A stretch of 64,000 bases of DNA from a virus (lineage: Duplodnaviria; Caudoviricetes). Made by a program: the position numbers and the translations under genes. Position 1 is the first letter of the stretch. Each line of letters starts with the position of its first letter. The notes beneath the pieces were generated by a model. That model had not been told where the DNA came from and did not search any database. It saw nothing but the letters and a program-made list of their open reading frames with translations. Shown one piece after another: positions 19,418-28,777 of the stretch. The stretch is taken from IMG/VR virus record IMGVR_UViG_3300028888_000053, positions 148,278-212,277 of that record; one strand, 5' to 3'.

Positions 19418-19990
19418 ATGGATTTATTAATTGCAACGCATAATTCTGCAACGGGAGAAAAGCCGAAGTCTATTTGGTCGTGGTTACTTACTCCTTTTGC
19501 AAAGTGTCAAAGTAAGACAATTAAAGAGCAATATGATGCTGGTTGTCGTATGTTTGACCTTAGGGTGAGGTGGGATAAGATGTCATGGCGATGTGCTCAT
19601 GGTTTATGGATGAGTAAAAAGACTGTTCCAGAAATCCTTCATGTTATTGATAGCTTTCCAGAACATTGTTATGTATTAATTACATATGAAGGAAAACTAA
19701 AGGATAAGGAGGATAGAGAAGATTTTATTATCTTTTGTAAATGGTGTCGTTCATCTTTTAAAAACATCTACTTTGGTAGTGCGGCAGCTAAGTATAGTGA
19801 TAAGGATACAAAGGTAGATTGGATTGAAGTGTTAGCTCCAGTGAAGACACATGCTTCTAAGAAAGGATTTCTTCCACTGGATGGCAAACATTGGCAAACC
19901 TATTTGCCAATTCCTTGGTTGTGGAATCAATTGTATACAAAGAATCATAAATTTGATTCGGAAACATTTACATTTGTTGATTTTTTATAA
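19418..19990 (+). CDS. PI-PLC-like phosphodiesterase
   Basis: ATHNS...CQSKTIKEQYDAGCRMFDLRV...AHG. Confidence 0.75.
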   Translation: MDLLIATHNSATGEKPKSIWSWLLTPFAKCQSKTIKEQYDAGCRMFDLRVRWDKMSWRCAHGLWMSKKTVPEILHVIDSFPEHCYVLITYEGKLKDKEDREDFIIFCKWCRSSFKNIYFGSAAAKYSDKDTKVDWIEVLAPVKTHASKKGFLPLDGKHWQTYLPIPWLWNQLYTKNHKFDSETFTFVDFL

Positions 19991-20414
19991 TGAAATGGCG
20001 TGCAGTGATGTAGATATGTTTAAAGCAGTTAATGAATTTCTAAAGTCAATTGGAATTGATATTGATAAATTGTCATGATTCTCACAAAGGAAAATATTGA
20101 AGAATGCAATATAAAATCTGTACAAGACAATAAAGAATTATTGATTGCGTTATTAGCTGATTTAGAGACGATTAATGAAGCTATTCCAAGACGCACATTC
20201 TTTATTGAAGTACAAGATTTTCACGATGAATATAGTCCTGAAAGAGTCGATCCTTGTCCCGACTATTACGGCATGTTCATTATTAGTGACGATGATGGAA
20301 AAACTTATGGAGAATGGCTTGACATTGATAGCCTCAATTGTCAAATGTCATTCTTCTATGAGTTAGTTGTTGATGAATAATTTTTAGATCATTTTATTAT
20401 TAATTTTAAACTGT

Positions 20415-20597
20415 ATGATTATGAAAAGACTCGCAATTGTATTTGCCCTTTTTCTGATCGCATGCTTTAGCTCATGTGGAAATTGTGCAAAGACATGTGA
20501 CGTTGAGAATGATTCTACAGCTGTTGACACAACCGTTGTTGATACCGTTAATGTTGACTCTGTTGTTGTTGACAGTACTGTAGTTGACACTCTCTAA
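20415..20597 (+). CDS. Small secreted protein or lipoprotein with tandem D(S/T)x repeats
   Basis: Signal peptide with Cys (FSSC), then DSTAVDTTVVDTVNVDSVVVDSTVVDTL. Confidence 0.7.
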   Translation: MIMKRLAIVFALFLIACFSSCGNCAKTCDVENDSTAVDTTVVDTVNVDSVVVDSTVVDTL

Positions 20598-20641
20598 TTT
20601 GCAGTTAAAGCTTCCAGCAAATCAAAACGGAAGCTTATCAA

Positions 20642-20714
20642 TGGAGGTTAGTATAATTGGTTAGTACATTGGATTTTGGTTCCAATAGTTCTGATTCGAG
20701 TTCAGAACCTCCAA
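20642..20714 (+). tRNA. tRNA-Gln(UUG), intronless
   Basis: Acceptor TGGAGGT/ACCTCCA (U1-A72), anticodon stem TTGGA/TCCAA, loop TTTTGGT. Confidence 0.9.
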
Positions 20715-20746
20715 CAAAGTAATAACAAGTTTAAACTTATTTATTT

Positions 20747-20929
20747 ATGAAGTACTTTTTAATGATTTTGGCATTGTTGTGCCTTTCTGGATGTGGTTCA
20801 TATATTGAAATAGAACCATTTCCAGTTTACACGAGGCATTATTATTACGCGCCTCCGCCCAGAGTTTATCATCATGGTCCGCCTTTGATTATTCATCCGA
20901 GGCCAAGACCACCGTATCATCGATATTAA
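20747..20929 (+). CDS. Small Pro/His/Tyr-rich lipoprotein
   Basis: LSGC lipobox; PPPRVYHHGPP tail. Confidence 0.6.
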   Translation: MKYFLMILALLCLSGCGSYIEIEPFPVYTRHYYYAPPPRVYHHGPPLIIHPRPRPPYHRY

Positions 20930-20934
20930 TAACC

Positions 20935-20963
20935 AAGGCTGCATTCGAAAGAGTGTGGCCTTT
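20935..20963 (+). terminator. Terminator-like hairpin
   Basis: AAGGCTGCATTC-GAAA-GAGTGTGGCCTT. Confidence 0.55.
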
Positions 20964-21372
20964 AATTGTATTATAACATATGAAAAAGAAAAGTAAAATT
21001 GATTTAGAGACTTGTAAGTATATTAAAAAACATAAAAAAGCAACTAATAGTACTGCTGTATCAGTTGTAAATAACAATTATTGTTATGACGATGATGACG
21101 ACGATGATGCATACACTGCTTATTGGCAGCGCTTTGGTCTTGTTTATTAATATTATGGGTAAACATAGGAATCGAACACAACGAATAGAAATTTTCCATA
21201 CCAATGAATTAGAATTGGATAAAGATAAATTTGTTCTTGTGCATGAAAAAGAAGGACAATATTGTATTCTTAATATTACAGGCGATAATAAAATTATGAT
21301 TCGTCGCCTTAAACATAAAGATGACAATGTTGCGAGAGAACGTATTACTGAGCTTTTAGAACTGTTACAAAA

Positions 21373-21882
21373 ATGAAAAAAGTTTTAATTTTAATCGATC
21401 TACAAAATGATTTTATTACTGGTAGTCTTGGTTCTGTTGAAGCGCAATCTATCATTCCTAATGTAATACAGTTTATTAAAAACTGGAACGAAGAAATTAT
21501 CGTTACAAAGGATACTCACGACCAAAAATATCTTGATACCCTTGAAGGACAATATCTTCCAGTTAAACATTGTATTACTGGCACTGATGGATTTGAATTA
21601 GATTATCGTATTCAAGAGGCATTACAAGACAAGCACCCACAAATCATTTATAAACATACATTCGGTTCTACTGGCCTTATGAATATGTTTGATAATGCTA
21701 CTGAATTTTATATTTGTGGATTGTGTACTGACATTTGTGTTGTTGTAAACGCATTGTTGTTGAGAACTAAATATCCTAACAATAAAATCTTTTGTATTGA
21801 AAATTGTTGTGCAGGGTCTAGTCCAGAAAATCATTTGTCTGCTCTAGAAGTAATGAAATCTTGTCAAATAGAAATTGTATAA
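21373..21882 (+). CDS. pncA: Nicotinamidase (isochorismatase family)
   Basis: IDLQNDF, TKDTH, HCITGT, KHTF, GLCTDICV. Confidence 0.85.
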   Translation: MKKVLILIDLQNDFITGSLGSVEAQSIIPNVIQFIKNWNEEIIVTKDTHDQKYLDTLEGQYLPVKHCITGTDGFELDYRIQEALQDKHPQIIYKHTFGSTGLMNMFDNATEFYICGLCTDICVVVNALLLRTKYPNNKIFCIENCCAGSSPENHLSALEVMKSCQIEIV

Positions 21883-22317
21883 TATGGAATTAAAAAGTAG
21901 ATCACAACGTGTACCTATGATTGGTAGTGGTTACCACTTTTGGAGAGATGGAATTCCCACAGAGAATGGACATTGGACTTTTAAATGTAAGCAATTATTA
22001 AAGCTTGAAGACGCTAAAGTAATTCTGATATCTCATCCTGTTATTAATGATAATGGAGAAAAAGTATATCAAAAAGATTCATTGTTAACCATCTGGGAAG
22101 AAGCACGTAAAGAACAGGAAGAATTAAGTGATATAACTGACTATATAGCATTATGCTATAGTGAGGAATACACTCCAAATAATACTCAATTCTTTGCGAG
22201 AGGAAAAGATACCCGTTGGTATATGATTTCCATCTCCTCTCCATGGGATAGTGGTATACTTGATGTTGGAAATGAATTATATCATCAATATGTAATGGAC
22301 AATCAACCTCGTTAAAT

Positions 22318-23484
22318 ATGATAGCATCTATTTTAGACACAGACCTTTATAAGTTTTCTACTTCATATGCGTATATGAAGTTATATCCCAATGCAGTAGG
22401 AACTTTCGCATTTCACGATCGTGACAACACGCAATATACTGATGAGTTTCTTGCTCAATTAAAACTTGAGTTTGCAAAACTTGGAATGCTTTCCTTATCT
22501 ACACAAGAAAAATGTAAAGCTGATTCTGTAATTAGATATATTCCTACAGTTTATTGGGAGTGGTTGTCTGGTTTCCATTTCCTTCCAACAAAAATAAATG
22601 CATGGTTGGATAGTGAAAAACATCTACACATTGAAGTAACTGATCTTTTGTATAAGGTAACACTTTACGAAGTACCTATTCTAGCAATTGTATCTGAACT
22701 TAGAAATAAATTCCTCGGAAATAATATTGTTTCTATGAACGACGTAGTCAATAGACTCGATACAAAGATAAATATTGCTAATGAGTATAAACTGAAATTT
22801 AGTGAGTTTGGAACAAGAAGAAGATTCTCATATGCTGTTCATGAGGAAATTATCAAAGAACTAAAAGAAAAGTGCCCAATATATTGTGTTGGTACTTCTA
22901 ACGTTCATTTTGCTTTGAAATATGATATGATACCAGTTGGAACATTTCCACATGAATGGATTATGTTTCATGGTGCTATATTTGGATATCGAGAAGCAAA
23001 CTTCCTTGGAATGAGAGATTGGGTTCGAGTGTATGATGGTGATCTTGGTATATTTCTAATGGATACTTATACATCTAAGATCGGTCTTAATAGTATGTCA
23101 TTAAAGTACGCTAAACTATTTGATGGCGTTAGACAGGATTCTGGTGATGAATATCAAATAGGTAATATGGTTATTGATCATTACAAGAAACTGAATATTG
23201 ATCCAACGACAAAGACCATTGTATTTAGTAATGCTTTAACTTTTGATAAGTATAAAGATATTGTTGAATATTTTAGAGGAAGAATTAGAGTCTCCGCTGG
23301 TATTGGTACTAATCTTACTAATGATTGTGGTTTCCAACCATCCAATATTGTCATGAAACTGAAATATGTTTCTCTTGATGAAAATCAACCAAAGAGAAAA
23401 TGTATTAAGATTAGTGATGATCTTGGTAAGCATATGGGTGATGATCAAGAATTTGAAATAGCAAAATATCAATTGGGTATATGA
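22318..23484 (+). CDS. pncB: Nicotinate phosphoribosyltransferase
   Basis: LDTDLYK, EFGTRRRFS, GTSNV, GTFPHEW, RQDSGD, GIGTNLT, NIVMKL, KISDD. Confidence 0.93.
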   Translation: MIASILDTDLYKFSTSYAYMKLYPNAVGTFAFHDRDNTQYTDEFLAQLKLEFAKLGMLSLSTQEKCKADSVIRYIPTVYWEWLSGFHFLPTKINAWLDSEKHLHIEVTDLLYKVTLYEVPILAIVSELRNKFLGNNIVSMNDVVNRLDTKINIANEYKLKFSEFGTRRRFSYAVHEEIIKELKEKCPIYCVGTSNVHFALKYDMIPVGTFPHEWIMFHGAIFGYREANFLGMRDWVRVYDGDLGIFLMDTYTSKIGLNSMSLKYAKLFDGVRQDSGDEYQIGNMVIDHYKKLNIDPTTKTIVFSNALTFDKYKDIVEYFRGRIRVSAGIGTNLTNDCGFQPSNIVMKLKYVSLDENQPKRKCIKISDDLGKHMGDDQEFEIAKYQLGI

Positions 23485-23668
23485 TTACATATTTGTTGTG
23501 TGGAGTCTTCTTTGCTATTTTGATGGATTTATGTACAAAAGATTTTGATATTACTCTTCCTGAACTGGAAAAAGAAACATCGCCTTTTGTCGCAGGATTT
23601 TTTACCCACTCTGTAACAATTCTTGCTTGGCCTGCATTTGTACTATTAATAATAATTCTAATTTTGAA

Positions 23669-24169
23669 ATGATAGGAAGAATTGAGAAAAATTTTAGTTA
23701 TACTATTCCTGATGGACCTCATGCAGGACGAACATTATGGAGTGGTAGATACTGTTGTATTGTTGGCATTATCATTAAAATAGTAAATGGTGAGTATTAC
23801 ATCCTAGCTAATCAACGAGGTAGTGGTACTCCAGATTTTCAAGGATTTTGGAATTGTCCATGTGGTTTTCTTGAAGGTAATGAATCTGCTGAACAAGGAG
23901 TAGCACGAGAAGTGTTTGAAGAAACAGGTGTTATTGTTGATCCCAAAAACCTACGTTTACATTCTGTTCAAAGTGATCCAAAAGTTTGTAACAATGGTAA
24001 TGTAACACTCCGATACTTCTGTTATGATTATCATTATAATGAAACAGAAAGAAGTGGAGGAGAAGAGAATGAGGTTGCTGATGTTAAGTGGATTCATGCC
24101 AAAGACATCAATAATTATCAGTGGGCTTTTAATCATGATGAATTAATTAAAATGTTTATCGATGACTGA
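23669..24169 (+). CDS. Nudix hydrolase, ADP-ribose pyrophosphatase-like
   Basis: Nudix box GFLEGNESAEQGVAREVFEETG; C-terminal WAFNH; sits between pncB and nadE. Confidence 0.85.
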   Translation: MIGRIEKNFSYTIPDGPHAGRTLWSGRYCCIVGIIIKIVNGEYYILANQRGSGTPDFQGFWNCPCGFLEGNESAEQGVAREVFEETGVIVDPKNLRLHSVQSDPKVCNNGNVTLRYFCYDYHYNETERSGGEENEVADVKWIHAKDINNYQWAFNHDELIKMFIDD

Positions 24170-24920
24170 ATATACTTTTAATGCTGAACGAATTACAGCA
24201 GAATGTGTAGAATGGATTAAATCCTGGTTCTATAAGAATGGAAGGGATTGTAATGCATATCTTGGATTGTCTGGAGGTAAAGATAGTACTATATGTGCTG
24301 CTTTACTAGCTAGAGCACTTGGTAAAGAAAGAGTATATGGTATTTCTATGCCTAATACTATGCAAGATGAGAATGATGCAGATAAAATCGCAGCGTTTCT
24401 TGGTATTAATTATCAGTGTGTCCATATAGATAAAATCTACAATGAATTTACTAAATTGGGTATCAGTAATTATGCACAAACTAATGTTCCTCCTAGAATT
24501 AGAATGACTATGTTATATGCATTAAGTCAGTCTAATAATGGTAGAACTTGTGAAACGGGGAACTTAAGCGAAAACATGCTGTTCTATTTTACAACAGGAG
24601 GTGATAATCTGTGTGATTTTTCACCGCTTGGTAAGCTTACTGTAACCGAGATTAAGCAAATGGGATATGTTCTAGGATTACCTGCTAAGTGGATTGAAAA
24701 GATTCCAGATGATGGACTTCCAAATTCTGAACCTGATGAAAAGAAACTTGGTATTAAATATGCTGATCTTGATCAGTATATTCGTACTGGTGAGCTTGAA
24801 GATAAGCAGGAGCTAGAAAGAATTTTTGAAATTCATAATCGTTCTTTGTTTAAAGAGGGCTTAATTAATGTGCCAACTTATGATCCTTTAATTCGTAATT
24901 ATTTTATAAAAACAAGATGA
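24162..24920 (+). CDS. nadE: Ammonia-dependent NAD+ synthetase
   Basis: GLSGGKDS, RIRMTMLY, TGNLSE, PLGKL, DEKKLG; no glutaminase domain. Confidence 0.9.
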   Translation: MTEYTFNAERITAECVEWIKSWFYKNGRDCNAYLGLSGGKDSTICAALLARALGKERVYGISMPNTMQDENDADKIAAFLGINYQCVHIDKIYNEFTKLGISNYAQTNVPPRIRMTMLYALSQSNNGRTCETGNLSENMLFYFTTGGDNLCDFSPLGKLTVTEIKQMGYVLGLPAKWIEKIPDDGLPNSEPDEKKLGIKYADLDQYIRTGELEDKQELERIFEIHNRSLFKEGLINVPTYDPLIRNYFIKTR

Positions 24921-25696
24921 GAAAACTAATTGTAAGGAGTAGAAATATTTCATGCACTCCACTTAAACAACTTGAAGTACCCATTACTACTATTTATAGA
25001 ATGGGATCTTCTACTCCTACTGAACGGATTCTTCGTAATCCAAACAGAAGGCATATAGAAATTAATACAGTAGAAGGCTGTATTGTTTCTGGGGATAAAA
25101 TTAAAATGAAGAAAGCTTTTGATGAAGCTGGAGTTCGTCATGCCGAATGGTTTACTTATAGTAGTCCTCGTCATTTTGCTTCTAAGCTCGCCGCTTTTGG
25201 TACAATTATTGCAAAGCATAAACATTCATCTCGTGGTCGTGGTATCTTCTTGATTAATACCATGGATGATTTTCGTGAACTGCAACGCAATAACAATCTA
25301 AGTGAATTTGTATTCGAAAAATATTATACATATTCTAGAGAATATCGAGTTCATGTAACAAAGGATGGATGTTTCTATACTTCTAGAAAAATGCTTATTA
25401 CAGGAGCAACGGAAAGATGGCATCGTCATAGTAGTAATTCTGTATTTATCAATGAAGAGAATCCCAATTTCTGTAAACCAGCAACGTGGGATTTAATTGT
25501 TGCTGATTGTATTAAAGCAATGAAACAATTGAAGCTTGACATCGTTGCATTTGATATTAAGGTAAATCGTAATGGTGATTGGATTCTTCTTGAATCGAAT
25601 AGCGCTCCATCATTGAAAGAGCAAGGGATTGCGAAATATAAACAAGCATTAACTCAGATTATAAATTATAAATTATGCCACGATTTACTTGGTTAA
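24917..25696 (+). CDS. ATP-grasp peptide ligase
   Basis: DK, SSRGRGIFLI, FEKY, EYRVHV, FDI, LESNSAP. Confidence 0.85.
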   Translation: MRKLIVRSRNISCTPLKQLEVPITTIYRMGSSTPTERILRNPNRRHIEINTVEGCIVSGDKIKMKKAFDEAGVRHAEWFTYSSPRHFASKLAAFGTIIAKHKHSSRGRGIFLINTMDDFRELQRNNNLSEFVFEKYYTYSREYRVHVTKDGCFYTSRKMLITGATERWHRHSSNSVFINEENPNFCKPATWDLIVADCIKAMKQLKLDIVAFDIKVNRNGDWILLESNSAPSLKEQGIAKYKQALTQIINYKLCHDLLG

Positions 25697-26490
25697 ACCT
25701 TTGTACAATATATAGTTGTAAAAATCTTCAAGGACGTACATTACATCGTATGGAAAGAGATGTTTGTTTCCATACTGTAATTAAAGATCATCCTTATGGT
25801 TATATGGAGAATCAATATAAAATAATTATTTTTAAAGGTCCAAAGTATCTAGAACGAACGGATGGGAATAATTATTGTCCATTGACTATTAAAGAAGTAA
25901 GAAACTATTTATCTGCATTGAAAAAGTATTTTAAATTTAGCTATTCAGTGTCTGAAAAAGAAGTACTTAGAAGACAATGTGGTTATTTAAGATTGCCAAC
26001 TGATGAATATCAAGCTTATAAATATTATGAATTGAATCTTACCATTAAAGGTTCTATGTTAGTTCATAAATTTATACTTAAAATGGTCCGTGCTTTGTAT
26101 GAATTTCCATATAATATGGAAATGAAAGATGTTCTTCGGATTGTAAAATTACCAATATTTAAGAAATATGGTATTGTAAATCTTTATAGAATAGTTGGAG
26201 TTCTTCTTTATAGATTAGGTGCAGGTGGTTCGGACGATCAGTTTATTGGTAATTTACTAATGTCTAATTTACCAACTCGCAAAGAATTGCAAAATAAAAT
26301 ACAGTCTATTGGTGATAGATATTACCAAATTAATGACGTATTTACTTATAGACAAAACCCAAGACCATATGAAAATTTCATCCAAGAAAGTCGCGGCCTG
26401 TATCTTAAATTTACCGCTGAAGAATATTGGGAAAATCAATTTAATACACGTTTAGAGTTATATAAAAAAGTAATTAAGTTCTATGAATGA
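25675..26490 (+). CDS. Uncharacterised protein, paralog of 26483-27349
   Basis: Shared CTxYxC, CFHTVxKD, HKFxLKMVRALYExPxNME, YGxVNLY, DDQ. Confidence 0.7.
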   Translation: MPRFTWLNLCTIYSCKNLQGRTLHRMERDVCFHTVIKDHPYGYMENQYKIIIFKGPKYLERTDGNNYCPLTIKEVRNYLSALKKYFKFSYSVSEKEVLRRQCGYLRLPTDEYQAYKYYELNLTIKGSMLVHKFILKMVRALYEFPYNMEMKDVLRIVKLPIFKKYGIVNLYRIVGVLLYRLGAGGSDDQFIGNLLMSNLPTRKELQNKIQSIGDRYYQINDVFTYRQNPRPYENFIQESRGLYLKFTAEEYWENQFNTRLELYKKVIKFYE

Positions 26491-27349
26491 ATTTAGAGGC
26501 GTAAATTATTGTACATTATACGAATGTAGAGGAGACGTAAGCCATTCGTTAAGAACAGATTGTTGTTTTCATACCGTAACAAAAGACGATGGTGATTTCT
26601 ATATGAGTAATCATTATGAAATTGTATTCTTTAAAGGGTTAGAATATTTACAAACAACTTATAATAACAATTCTTGCTTCCTTACAAGAAGCCAGATTGA
26701 GTATTATATGAACATGTTAAAGCAGTTCGTTAGTTTTGAATATGCTCTTCTTGACGGAGAATATACTCGTGATGATTTTACGGATGAAGATTTCTGTGAT
26801 AATTTTGGATTTTGCGAAGATAACGATATTGAAAGCATGAAGTATTTTCAGTTGAATATTACTTTAGCTGGTAATATTCTACAGCATAAGTTTTTGCTTA
26901 AAATGGTAAGAGCTTTATATGAATATCCATTTAATATGGAGTTCTTAGATCTTATCCGTTTGACTGGAATCTTTAGGTTTCAACGTTATGGATTGGTAAA
27001 TCTTTATAACTTTGTTACTCATTCATGTTATAATGTCGGAGTGTCATGTAATGATGATCAGTCCTTATGTGACATGTCTCAAAGACGTTTCCCGATATTT
27101 ACAAAAACAGACGATTTTATTTATAAAATAACGCATGTATCTGAAACAGATGAGGATGATTGGTATGACTTTTCAATGAATAATGTACATCCATATCGTG
27201 AGTGTGATACAAGCGAAATCGGTCAAATAAGGAATAATTATTCTAGCCTGTTTGGGAACGAGCGATATAATCTTGAGTTCTGGCAATCTGAGGAAAAATT
27301 TGCTGAGCGATTAAAATTCTATAATGCAATTCTTAAATATTATAAATAA
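26483..27349 (+). CDS. Uncharacterised protein, paralog of 25675-26490
   Basis: Same conserved blocks as the upstream gene. Confidence 0.7.
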   Translation: MNEFRGVNYCTLYECRGDVSHSLRTDCCFHTVTKDDGDFYMSNHYEIVFFKGLEYLQTTYNNNSCFLTRSQIEYYMNMLKQFVSFEYALLDGEYTRDDFTDEDFCDNFGFCEDNDIESMKYFQLNITLAGNILQHKFLLKMVRALYEYPFNMEFLDLIRLTGIFRFQRYGLVNLYNFVTHSCYNVGVSCNDDQSLCDMSQRRFPIFTKTDDFIYKITHVSETDEDDWYDFSMNNVHPYRECDTSEIGQIRNNYSSLFGNERYNLEFWQSEEKFAERLKFYNAILKYYK

Positions 27350-27984
27350 TGAAGAAAGTATTTGTTGTTGGCCATGGTGTTGGCTATTCTAGATGGATTA
27401 ATGACATGAAATTAGTAAATAATATAGAAGATGCTGATGTTGTTGTATTTACAGGAGGAGAAGATGTTGATCCTTCTGTGTATAACAAAAAGAAGCATGA
27501 TTCTGTATGGTCTGATCTTAGTCGTGATGAATATGAAATTGCTGCATTTAAGAAAATGAAACCTAATCAACTCGCTGTTGGTATTTGTAGAGGTTTACAA
27601 CTTCTTAATTGTCTGCATGGAGGTATTCTCTGTCAAGATGTAGACAATCACTGGATCTCTGGTACACATGAGATTCATAATCGTGATTTCAAATATGAAA
27701 TCAAATCTCTTCATCATCAAATGGTATATCCATATGATCTTGATCCGGCAAATTATGATATTCTTTATTGGACTTCTCCAAGAAGCGGTCGTTATGAAGG
27801 TGATGGTATCGATCCAAACAATTATTTGCAATATGGAGAACCGGAAGTTGTTGTTTATAAAACACCAGGACTTCCCAAGGCACTTGGAATTCAAGGTCAT
27901 CCTGAAATGATGAGAGAAGACGCTCCAGTCGTTGGAATGTTGAATAATTTAATAGATCAACTTTTATCAAATAACAATGAATAA
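27349..27984 (+). CDS. Class I glutamine amidotransferase (peptidase C26-like)
   Basis: GGEDVDP, GICRG, SLHHQ, QGHPE. Confidence 0.88.
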   Translation: MKKVFVVGHGVGYSRWINDMKLVNNIEDADVVVFTGGEDVDPSVYNKKKHDSVWSDLSRDEYEIAAFKKMKPNQLAVGICRGLQLLNCLHGGILCQDVDNHWISGTHEIHNRDFKYEIKSLHHQMVYPYDLDPANYDILYWTSPRSGRYEGDGIDPNNYLQYGEPEVVVYKTPGLPKALGIQGHPEMMREDAPVVGMLNNLIDQLLSNNNE

Positions 27985-28774
27985 TACAATTACAATTGGT
28001 GCAGACCCTGAATTGTTCATTATCAATTCTAAAACTAACAAAGTCGTGAGTTCAATTGGTTTAATACCTGGTAAGAAACATGCAGCGTGGAGACTAAAAG
28101 ATTGGCCTCGTGGCTTTGGTCTGGAAACAGATAATATTCTTGCTGAATTTAATATTCCACCAGCAAAGACTCGCCAAGAGTTCATTGATGGAATTAATTT
28201 CATGAAGAATTTTATTCGTGAATTCGTCAAGAAGAAAAATCCAGAATATGATATTAAAACAATTGCGTCTCTGCACGTAGACGAGTCTGAACTTGGAAGC
28301 GATGAAGCCAAAGAGTTTGGTTGTTCAGTGGATTATAATGCTTATACAGAAGCACCTAATCCGAAACCTAAGGGTGAAACGACCGACCTTCGTTCCGCTG
28401 GTTTCCATGTTCATTTTGGATATCCTAATCGTTCTGCCGAAGCAACAGTTACTCTTATTAAGTATTTTGACGCTTATCTGGGTGTACCAAGTGTGTTGTT
28501 AGACCGAGATATGGAACGTAGAATACTCTATGGTAAAGCAGGATGTTTTCGATTGACTCCATATGGAGGAGAATATAGAGTATTATCAAGTTTCTTCTTG
28601 AGTAATGATTCTACTATTGGATTTGTTTACGACGGAGCAATTCGTGCTTTGACTGCCTATTATGCAGGCATTCAATTGCCGCCAGCTGACGATGTTGTTA
28701 AATGTATTAACGAAGGCAACGCGAAGCTGGCAGTGAAATTAATAGATAATTATAAATTAAATAAACTAGATTAA
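27977..28774 (+). CDS. phiEco32-like COOH.NH2 ligase type 2
   Basis: IGADPELF, DNILAEFN, FGC..DYNAY, RSAGFHVHFG, RR.LYGKAG.FR, YG.EYR. Confidence 0.85.
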   Translation: MNNTITIGADPELFIINSKTNKVVSSIGLIPGKKHAAWRLKDWPRGFGLETDNILAEFNIPPAKTRQEFIDGINFMKNFIREFVKKKNPEYDIKTIASLHVDESELGSDEAKEFGCSVDYNAYTEAPNPKPKGETTDLRSAGFHVHFGYPNRSAEATVTLIKYFDAYLGVPSVLLDRDMERRILYGKAGCFRLTPYGGEYRVLSSFFLSNDSTIGFVYDGAIRALTAYYAGIQLPPADDVVKCINEGNAKLAVKLIDNYKLNKLD

Positions 28775-28777
28775 TAT

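Noticed and set aside
21086-21154. GATGAC repeat and the MTMMTTMM N-terminus
   Set aside because: It is the poly-Asp tract of a 56 aa ORF at 20980-21150; the next gene more likely starts at ATG 21155
22318-23484. Calling the phosphoribosyltransferase Nampt (NARP2)
   Set aside because: Motifs are PncB-type, and adjacent pncA and nadE fit the deamidated route
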